Positions 56,363 through 64,000 of a stretch of 64,000 nt of DNA are shown here, in pieces. Both the position numbers and the translations under genes were made by a program. The notes beneath the pieces are model-generated. The model saw nothing but the letters and a program-made list of their open reading frames with translations. It ran no database searches and was not told where the DNA came from. How positions within the stretch are numbered: the stretch's first letter is position 1; every line of letters starts with the position of its first letter. The stretch lies in NCBI GenBank assembly GCA_031384385.1, contig JANNAN010000013.1, forward strand, positions 6,015-70,014. Direction: 5' to 3'. The DNA is from Candidatus Tayloriibacteriota bacterium (lineage in GTDB: Bacteria; Patescibacteriota; Minisyncoccia; Phycocordibacterales; PALSA-1337).

Positions 56363-57073
56363 ATGAAAAAATTAATTTTTACAATTAATTTTGTTCTCGT
56401 ATTAATATTTGTATTTCCTTATATTACTTTTGCCACTGTAAGTGCTCCTGCTGCGGGATATAGTGGCTCGCAAATGTTTACTACATATGGTGCTGTAAAA
56501 GAACCGGGAGAACCAAATTTCTGCGGTAATCCCGGAGGAGCATCATATTGGTATAGTTATCAACCTCCAGTAAATGGATATTTGCAAGCAAGTACTACTG
56601 GTAGTACTTATGACACTATCCTTGCTGCATATTATGATACTGGTAACGGAACAAGTTTTGATACATTAGTTCAAGTAGCGGCAGATAATAATAGTGGACC
56701 ATCAAATACATCAATGATAACTTTTCCTGTAGTTGCAAATCGTATATATTATATTGTTGGGGATGGTATTAATGGTGCAACTGGAAATTTGCGAGTAAGT
56801 TATTTGTTAAAGGGAACTATTGGAGAATTTACTCCACCACTTGGTAATGATTGTGTAGCTTCAAATATTGATTTGGGTCTCCATGTAAAACAAGCAGATG
56901 GCTCTATCGTTTCTATTGCTGGGTCTGAAGATCTAACCGCCTCAAAATTACACATTAAAACAGCAACTGGAATTAAAAGTGTTTTGACTGTACCAATCAC
57001 TGATATTAACGCATCTAAAGCCCACATTAAACTTGCCGATAATACTATCGTTGCTTTGAAAATATTTAGGTAA
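56363..57073 (+). CDS. Secreted protein with a PPC-like beta domain
   Basis: Signal peptide; SYWYSY...TTGSTYDTILAAY...DNNSG...YYIVGDG. Confidence 0.65.
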   Translation: MKKLIFTINFVLVLIFVFPYITFATVSAPAAGYSGSQMFTTYGAVKEPGEPNFCGNPGGASYWYSYQPPVNGYLQASTTGSTYDTILAAYYDTGNGTSFDTLVQVAADNNSGPSNTSMITFPVVANRIYYIVGDGINGATGNLRVSYLLKGTIGEFTPPLGNDCVASNIDLGLHVKQADGSIVSIAGSEDLTASKLHIKTATGIKSVLTVPITDINASKAHIKLADNTIVALKIFR

Positions 57074-57126
57074 ATTGTTGCAGTATTACAGAAGGCTATC
57101 TTCAGGAAGATTAAATAAAATATTAA

Positions 57127-58008
57127 TTATTTTCTCTTTAATATCAGTGTCAAAATTATAATAACTAGTACCCCGATAAATATTTGGTAACTTAATGAAG
57201 ATATTGGCTTTTCAGATTTATTTGTAGATTTATCAATTATTTCTGAATTATTGTCATATCTAATGTTATTTTGTGCATTATCTACTACTTCATTATTTTT
57301 ACTATCATTTATTACCTTTTGATTTTGGGCAATAAAAGATAAATTACTTTTATTATTTGTTGGTTCAGCATTTATAGACTCAATTGGAATAGCTGCTTCG
57401 TCGTAGAAATTAATATTAGATAAAGAATATATACTCTGTGATGTATAGCCACCTTCAAAACAATCGCCTATTGTAGATACTTTTAAAATTATGTAGTTGC
57501 TTTCAGGATTCGCATACCCCTCAATTGTATGATTTTGTTCTGGTCTGCATCCTGAATACTCTAATGTTGTTTTCTTCACATTATTTTGGAAAATGTCAAC
57601 GCTAAAATCCGTTTTACCCCAAAGACCTTTTGATTCATCATATTTTTCTTCTCTAATAACTTTTGCAACTGCACTAATTTTATTTTTATTTAAATCAATC
57701 TTATTTAATATAATGGGATACTTTGAAAGTGTAATTTCAAGTTCAGTCATGGCGTCTACACTATTTAATTTTTCTAGATCATTACAAGAGAGTATTAAAT
57801 TACTTTTTCCGTTTATTACATTATAAGAATAAACTTCTGGTGGACATCCTCTACCACCCATATTTGATACTTGATACGCTATATCTTGACCATTATTTGT
57901 TTGAATATTACTTATATAAGTTGGTCCTCCTACTGTGGCATTTGTTATCGAAACATTTATAAAATAAGTCAAAATTAATAATAAACCAAAATAAGTAATT
58001 TTTTTCAT
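57127..58008 (-). CDS. Secreted, C-terminally anchored hypothetical protein
   Basis: Signal peptide, Asn-rich linker, C-terminal TM plus KRK. Confidence 0.7.
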   Translation of the reverse strand: MKKITYFGLLLILTYFINVSITNATVGGPTYISNIQTNNGQDIAYQVSNMGGRGCPPEVYSYNVINGKSNLILSCNDLEKLNSVDAMTELEITLSKYPIILNKIDLNKNKISAVAKVIREEKYDESKGLWGKTDFSVDIFQNNVKKTTLEYSGCRPEQNHTIEGYANPESNYIILKVSTIGDCFEGGYTSQSIYSLSNINFYDEAAIPIESINAEPTNNKSNLSFIAQNQKVINDSKNNEVVDNAQNNIRYDNNSEIIDKSTNKSEKPISSLSYQIFIGVLVIIILTLILKRK

Positions 58009-58065
58009 AAATAAATTATATCATATATTTTTCAGGTTTTTATGATATATTAACAAATACTAATT

Positions 58066-60081
58066 ATGTCACTATTTCAGCTTTCACAAACCATGTCACC
58101 AGCAGGTGATCAGCCAAAGGCTATTGAATTACTCAATAAAGGGCTTAAAAAGGGTATGAAAAAACAGACCTTGTTCGGCGTTACTGGTTCCGGAAAGACT
58201 TTTACTATGGCAAATGTCATTGCAAATAATGGAAAACCAACTCTTGTAATAGCACATAATAAAACTCTAGCTGCTCAACTTGCTCAGGAATATCGTGAAT
58301 TTTTTCCAAATAATGCTGTTCATTACTTTGTTTCCTATTACGATTACTATCAGCCAGAAGCATATATGCCCATAACTGATACTTATATTGAAAAAGAAGC
58401 AATGATAAATGAAGAGATTGATAGACTTCGTCATGCATCAACTCAGGCTTTGCTTACCAGAAAAGATGTAATCATTGTTGCATCAGTTTCTTGTATTTAT
58501 GGTCTAGGAAGTCCAGAAGAATATGAAAAAGTAAATTTAAAAATGGCAAAAAGCATGGAACTCTCTCGTGCTGATTTAATTCGTAAGTTAATTGATATTC
58601 ATTTTGAAAGAACAAATGCAGACCTTAACGCTGGACAATTCCGTGCTATTGGAAATATGATTGAAATAATGCCAGTAAGCGATAGAACTATTTATAGAAT
58701 TGAATATGATGGAAGTATTATTTCAAATATTATTGAATTAGATCCAGTAACAATGGTAATTAAAAAAGAACATGATACCACTTTTCTTTTTCCAGCAAAA
58801 CATTTTATAAGTACAGATGAACAATCAAAAAAGGCTTTTGAATCAATCAAAAAAGAATTAGAAATTCGCTTAAAAGAGCTAGAGAAATCTGGAAAAATAC
58901 TTGAAGCAGAAAGATTGAAGCGTCGTGTAAAATATGATTTAGCACTTATTTGTGAGGTCGGATATTGTAATGGAATTGAAAATTACTCTAGACATTTTTC
59001 TGGTAAAAAAGCTGGAGAAGCACCAGATTCACTTCTTGCATATTTTCCTCATAAAGCTAATGGAAGTCCTGATTTTTTAACGGTAATTGATGAAAGTCAT
59101 GTTACAGTGCCTCAGCTCGGTGGAATGTATGCTGGCGATGCTTCGAGAAAAGAAACCCTTGTAGATTTTGGTTTTAGATTGCCATCAGCAAAGGACAATA
59201 GGCCAATGAAATTTGGGGAATTTGAAAAGGCTGTAGGGCAAGTTATTTATACAACTGCAACTCCCGGTAAATTTGAAAAAGAACATAGTGAACAGATAGT
59301 TGAGCAAATTATTCGTCCAACAGGATTGATTGATCCAGTGATTGAAGTAAAACCAGTAGCTCAAAAAGGTAAATATGTCGGTCAAATCTTCGATTTTATT
59401 TCAGAAGCAGAAAAAGTAATTAAAAAAGGAGATCGTGTGATTGCTACAACCCTTACAAAAAAGATGGCAGAGGATCTTAGCGAATTTTTAAAAGAAAAGG
59501 GAATTAAAGCTGAATATTTGCATAGTGATATAAAAACCATTGATCGTATTACAATTCTAACTGAGTTCAGAAGAGGTAAATTTGATGTGCTTGTTGGAGT
59601 TAATCTTCTTCGAGAGGGTCTAGATCTTCCAGAAGTATCATTGATCGGAATTTTAGATGCAGATAAGGCTGGTTTTCTTAGATCAGAAACTTCCTTAATT
59701 CAAATAATTGGTCGTGCAGCTAGAAATGTTAATGGACGAGTAATTCTTTATGCTGATGTAATGAATAATGCTTTGAATTATGCAATAAATGAAACAAATC
59801 GTCGTAGAAAAATTCAAACAGATTACAATATAAAAAATGGAATTACCCCAAAAACTATTATCAAAAAAATTCAAGATATTACAGATCAATTAAAAACTGA
59901 ACATGATAAAGCTGTTGGTGAATTGATGCGTCTTGATGAAGAAATATTTTTAAAAGATCCTAAAAAATTAATGAAAATGAAGGAGCAAGAAATGAATGAA
60001 GCGGTAAAGAAACTAGATTTTGAAACTGCAGCATTAATAAGAGATGAAATTGCCAAACTCAAAGAAAAGATGGTAAAATAA
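58066..60081 (+). CDS. uvrB: Excinuclease ABC subunit B
   Basis: GVTGSGKT, FVSYYDYYQPEAY, DESH, GRAARN. Confidence 0.97.
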   Translation: MSLFQLSQTMSPAGDQPKAIELLNKGLKKGMKKQTLFGVTGSGKTFTMANVIANNGKPTLVIAHNKTLAAQLAQEYREFFPNNAVHYFVSYYDYYQPEAYMPITDTYIEKEAMINEEIDRLRHASTQALLTRKDVIIVASVSCIYGLGSPEEYEKVNLKMAKSMELSRADLIRKLIDIHFERTNADLNAGQFRAIGNMIEIMPVSDRTIYRIEYDGSIISNIIELDPVTMVIKKEHDTTFLFPAKHFISTDEQSKKAFESIKKELEIRLKELEKSGKILEAERLKRRVKYDLALICEVGYCNGIENYSRHFSGKKAGEAPDSLLAYFPHKANGSPDFLTVIDESHVTVPQLGGMYAGDASRKETLVDFGFRLPSAKDNRPMKFGEFEKAVGQVIYTTATPGKFEKEHSEQIVEQIIRPTGLIDPVIEVKPVAQKGKYVGQIFDFISEAEKVIKKGDRVIATTLTKKMAEDLSEFLKEKGIKAEYLHSDIKTIDRITILTEFRRGKFDVLVGVNLLREGLDLPEVSLIGILDADKAGFLRSETSLIQIIGRAARNVNGRVILYADVMNNALNYAINETNRRRKIQTDYNIKNGITPKTIIKKIQDITDQLKTEHDKAVGELMRLDEEIFLKDPKKLMKMKEQEMNEAVKKLDFETAALIRDEIAKLKEKMVK

Positions 60082-60088
60082 GTCTAAT

Positions 60089-60874
60089 ATGAAAGAAAAA
60101 ATTCTCATTGCTCTTAATGATCAAATATTAGTTAATTTATTAATTCAAACACTTAAAAAATTTGGATATGAAATTGAAATAGTAAAAAACGGTGGTGATG
60201 TAATTGAAAGTCTAAAAACAAATAAACCAGATTTAATTTTATTAGATACAATTCTTCCCGGTAGAGATGGCTATGATATTTTAAAAGAAAAAAATTCAGA
60301 TAATAATATATCAAAAATTCCCATTATCATAATCTCAAATTCTGGAGTACCAATAAGAATGTCACAAATTCCATCTACTCCATCAATTAAAGATTATATT
60401 ATTAGATTTCATATAGAGCCTTCAGAGATAATTGAAAAAATTGAAAAAGCTTTTGGAAGAGGTTTTATTTCTGATTCACCAGTATCGAGATTTACCGGTA
60501 ATGGTAAAAAGATATTATGGGTTGAAGATGATAAATTACTAAGTACCATTCTTTCAAAAAAAATACAGCAGTCAAATTTTATTTTACTGAAAGCTATTAG
60601 TGGTGAGGAAGTATTCAAATTTTTAGAAACAGAGATTCCGGATGTTATTATTCTAGATATTCTTTTACCAGAAATGAATGGTTTTGATATTTTGCAAAAA
60701 ATAAAAATGATTGGAAAATTTAAAAATATTCCAGTTATTATGCTTTCAAATTTGAGTAAACAAAGTGATATTGATAAAGCGAAACTACTTGGTGCGAACA
60801 AGTTCATTGTAAAAGCTGCGGTTTCATTAGATGAAATAATGAAAGAAATTGACATTTTGATTAATGCTAAATAA
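60089..60874 (+). CDS. Tandem receiver-domain response regulator
   Basis: PDLILLD and PDVIILDILLPEMNG; no output domain. Confidence 0.85.
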   Translation: MKEKILIALNDQILVNLLIQTLKKFGYEIEIVKNGGDVIESLKTNKPDLILLDTILPGRDGYDILKEKNSDNNISKIPIIIISNSGVPIRMSQIPSTPSIKDYIIRFHIEPSEIIEKIEKAFGRGFISDSPVSRFTGNGKKILWVEDDKLLSTILSKKIQQSNFILLKAISGEEVFKFLETEIPDVIILDILLPEMNGFDILQKIKMIGKFKNIPVIMLSNLSKQSDIDKAKLLGANKFIVKAAVSLDEIMKEIDILINAK

Positions 60875-60929
60875 CTAAATAAGCCGTATCTATTTACCAA
60901 ATGTGTATATACTGATATAGTTATTTGTC

Positions 60930-63545
60930 ATGATAAAGAAGAAGCAAATAACAGAATACGAAGATGAAAAAATCATTGTAAAGGGGGCTAGGACTCACAA
61001 TTTAAAGAATATTACTGTTGAAATGCCTCGTAATAAGATGATAGCAATAACAGGACTTTCTGGTTCTGGTAAGTCTTCACTTGCTTTTGATACTATTTTT
61101 GCTGAAGGGCAAAGACGCTATGTTGAATCACTTTCTTCATATGCGCGTCAATTTTTAAAACAAATGCAAAAACCAGATGTTGATGAAATTATCGGACTTT
61201 CACCAGCTATTTCTATTGATCAAAAATCTCGATCAAATAATCCAAGATCTACTGTTGCAACAATTACAGAAATTTATGATTATCTCCGCATTTTATATGC
61301 TCGTGTGGGAAAGCCACATTGTTTGATTTGTAATAGAGAAATTCATAGAATTACAAAAGAAGAAATTCTAGAAACAATAATTAAACAAGTTACGAATCAC
61401 AATAAACAGATTGGATATAAAAATAAAAAAATAATGGGCGTTGAAATTGGTGAGGGTAAGGTAAAAATCTTCGCCCCCATTGTTGTTGGTAGAAAAGGTG
61501 AATATTATCAATTGCTGTATGATCTATTGGGTAAGGGATATGATAAGGTAAAAGTTGATGGGAAATTGATGCGACTCCGTGAACAGATTATTCTTGATAA
61601 AAATAAGAAACACAATATAGATGTACTTGTTGATGAAATTTTCTTAAGTGAATTTAAAAAATCGCCTACGGGTGATAATGCTCGGGAACGTCTTTCTGAG
61701 GCTTTAGAAAAAGCAATTGAAGAAGCTCAAGGATTAATTAAAATAGAATTTATAAATGGCGATATCACTGAAGAAAAATTGATGTCAGTAAAATTTATGT
61801 GTCCATATGATGGATTTTCATATCCAGAGATTGAACCTCGTCTTTTTTCATTTAATTCACCTTATGGAGCTTGTGCTTTATGTAATGGTCTTGGTACAAA
61901 AGAATTTTTTAGTAATGAAAATTGTCCAGATTGTAATGGTGCTAGATTAAGAAAAGAGGCCCTATTCGTTAAAATAAACAATAAAAATATAGTTGAAACA
62001 ACATCTATGTCGATAGAGCAAGTTAAAGCTTTTTTTGAAAAAATAGAATTAACAGAAACGGAAAAAGAAATTGCAAAAATAATTTTGAAAGAAATTGAAT
62101 CACGCCTTCAGTTTATGGTGAATGTTGGTATTGAATATCTTACATTAGATCGTAGAGCTCATACACTTTCTGGTGGAGAAGCACAGCGTATTCGACTAGC
62201 CTCTCAGCTTGGTTCTGGGCTTGTGGGAGCACTTTATGTTCTTGATGAACCTACAATTGGTCTTCATCAGCGTGATAATGATCGTTTGATAAAAACACTT
62301 ACAAGTCTTAGAGATTTGGGTAATACAATTATTGTTGTTGAACATGATGAAGATACAATGTTTTCATCTGATTATATTATTGATATTGGTCCAGGAGCTG
62401 GGGTTCATGGTGGAAATGTTGTAGTATCTGGTTATCTCGACGAACTTCTTACTGCAAAGAAAAATGATTCAAATTCTCTAACCCTTGCATATCTTCGTGG
62501 TGAAAAAAGAATAGAGATTCCAGAAAAAAGGCGTGAGCCAAAAGGTAAGATCTCTGTTAAAGGAGGAAATATTTTTAATATTAAAGATATGAATGCCGAT
62601 ATTTCTTTAGGATGTTTGAATGCCATTACTGGAGTTTCTGGTTCAGGAAAATCATCTTTCATGTATGAAATTTTGCATAAAAATTTACAAGCAAGATTGG
62701 AATTTAGACACAGAACTGCAAATATCTATAATTGTACTAGTTTCACCGGAAGTGAATATCTTGGAAGAACTATTCTGATCGATCAATCAGCTATTGGACG
62801 TACACCAAGATCAAATCCTGTAACATATACTGGATCATGGACTCATATTCGTGATTTATTCGCAGCTTCTTCTGAAGCTCGCGCTCATGGTTGGGGAGCT
62901 GGAAGATTCTCATTTAATGTAAAAGGTGGACGCTGTGAAGCTTGTCAAGGAAATGGTGAAATTGCTGTTGAAATGCATTTTCTTCCAACTGTTTATGTTC
63001 CTTGTGAAGTATGCAATGGAAAAAGATTTATGAAAGAAACTCTAGATATAAAATATAGAGGTAAAAATGTTTATGATATTTTACAAATGACAGTTGAAGA
63101 GGGATTAAAATTTTTTGAAGATATACCAGCTGTTTGTGATAGATTGTCTACTTTACAAGAGGTTGGACTTGGATATTTACAATTAGGTCAATCAGCCACA
63201 ACACTTTCTGGTGGAGAAGCACAGCGTGTAAAAATTTCGTCTGAACTTTATAGAGCTCATTTACAAAAGACTATTTATTTACTTGATGAACCAACTGTGG
63301 GACTTCACTACGAAGATGTTAAAAAACTTATTGAAATTTTACAAAGATTAGTTGATAAGGGAAATACTGTAGTTGTGATTGAACATAATTTAGATCTAAT
63401 TAAATCTGCTGATTATATTATTGATATTGGTCCAGATGGAGGAAGTCGTGGTGGGAAAATAATTGCAAGGGGAACTCCAGAAGATATTGCAAGAAATGAA
63501 AAATCATACACAGGGCAGTATTTAAAGAAAGTCTTAAAAAGATAG
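60930..63545 (+). CDS. uvrA: Excinuclease ABC subunit A
   Basis: [20 protein letters not shown] twice, zinc fingers. Confidence 0.97.
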   Translation: MIKKKQITEYEDEKIIVKGARTHNLKNITVEMPRNKMIAITGLSGSGKSSLAFDTIFAEGQRRYVESLSSYARQFLKQMQKPDVDEIIGLSPAISIDQKSRSNNPRSTVATITEIYDYLRILYARVGKPHCLICNREIHRITKEEILETIIKQVTNHNKQIGYKNKKIMGVEIGEGKVKIFAPIVVGRKGEYYQLLYDLLGKGYDKVKVDGKLMRLREQIILDKNKKHNIDVLVDEIFLSEFKKSPTGDNARERLSEALEKAIEEAQGLIKIEFINGDITEEKLMSVKFMCPYDGFSYPEIEPRLFSFNSPYGACALCNGLGTKEFFSNENCPDCNGARLRKEALFVKINNKNIVETTSMSIEQVKAFFEKIELTETEKEIAKIILKEIESRLQFMVNVGIEYLTLDRRAHTLSGGEAQRIRLASQLGSGLVGALYVLDEPTIGLHQRDNDRLIKTLTSLRDLGNTIIVVEHDEDTMFSSDYIIDIGPGAGVHGGNVVVSGYLDELLTAKKNDSNSLTLAYLRGEKRIEIPEKRREPKGKISVKGGNIFNIKDMNADISLGCLNAITGVSGSGKSSFMYEILHKNLQARLEFRHRTANIYNCTSFTGSEYLGRTILIDQSAIGRTPRSNPVTYTGSWTHIRDLFAASSEARAHGWGAGRFSFNVKGGRCEACQGNGEIAVEMHFLPTVYVPCEVCNGKRFMKETLDIKYRGKNVYDILQMTVEEGLKFFEDIPAVCDRLSTLQEVGLGYLQLGQSATTLSGGEAQRVKISSELYRAHLQKTIYLLDEPTVGLHYEDVKKLIEILQRLVDKGNTVVVIEHNLDLIKSADYIIDIGPDGGSRGGKIIARGTPEDIARNEKSYTGQYLKKVLKR

Positions 63546-63584
63546 AAATAATTAAATTTAATTAAATGGTATAATATTCTTATT

Positions 63585-63923
63585 ATGATTATAGAAATGC
63601 CTCAAGAAAATTTTTCTCCAGAATATAAATCTGAGAGAGAAAAATTAGAAGAATTAAAAGATATTTTATATAAAAAAGCTGAAAATATTGGCTTCATTAT
63701 TGCTCATGAAAAGATTGTTCAATTTATTAAAAAAATAGAAAATGAATATAAAGAAAATGAAAATGTTGAAGAAAAAAATATAAAACACGAGCTAGGTCGT
63801 CCAAAGTTGAATCATATGAAGTTATATCATTTGATTATTGGCTCAACTATTAATGATAAAATAGAAAGGGAATTTGATACTCCAACTGGTGAAATAGAGA
63901 AATTTATTAGAGAAGAATTATAA
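63585..63923 (+). CDS. Hypothetical protein
   Basis: 112-aa ORF followed by hairpin 63934-63958. Confidence 0.6.
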   Translation: MIIEMPQENFSPEYKSEREKLEELKDILYKKAENIGFIIAHEKIVQFIKKIENEYKENENVEEKNIKHELGRPKLNHMKLYHLIIGSTINDKIEREFDTPTGEIEKFIREEL

Positions 63924-64000
63924 TAAAAAAATCACCCGCGCTCTGCAAGAAGCGCGGGGATGTAATTGGAGAGATTATCTATCCTCTCTTATAAACTTAA

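Noticed and set aside
60089-60874. Tandem receiver protein between uvrB and uvrA as a novel repair regulator
   Set aside because: Stand-alone receiver proteins are common and nothing beyond adjacency links it to repair.

Overview
AT-rich bacterial chromosome segment. Its gene content (short IF-2, split transketolase, few Shine-Dalgarno sites, CxxC-x17-CxxC protein) suggests Patescibacteria/CPR (Parcubacteria-like); this is an inference. The backbone carries housekeeping genes (infB, iscS, clpB, alr, rpmG, miaA, parB, topA, dprA, serS, dus, dnaX, gap, rpiB, rpe, tkt, uvrB, uvrA) and four tRNAs. A ~23 kb, visibly GC-richer defective prophage-like element (about 27183-50287) is integrated in the 3' end of gap. 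It supplies a replacement GAPDH C-terminus, and two more GAPDH tails lie at the far end. It carries a replication module with an iteron/DnaA-box origin, an IS3 at a deletion junction, a TIR plus membrane-protein defence-like pair and a tyrosine integrase. The main discovery is a ~10 kb minus-strand transcription unit (about 45300 to 35335) of ~15 small unknown ORFs separated by modular RNA elements. These are six complete type III hammerhead ribozymes, nine copies of a covarying hairpin (RNase III-like or a new motif) and two copies of an unassigned three-hairpin motif. Nearly all putative cleavage elements are preceded by a hairpin and most are followed by a boxA-like sequence: a self-processing gene-cassette array.
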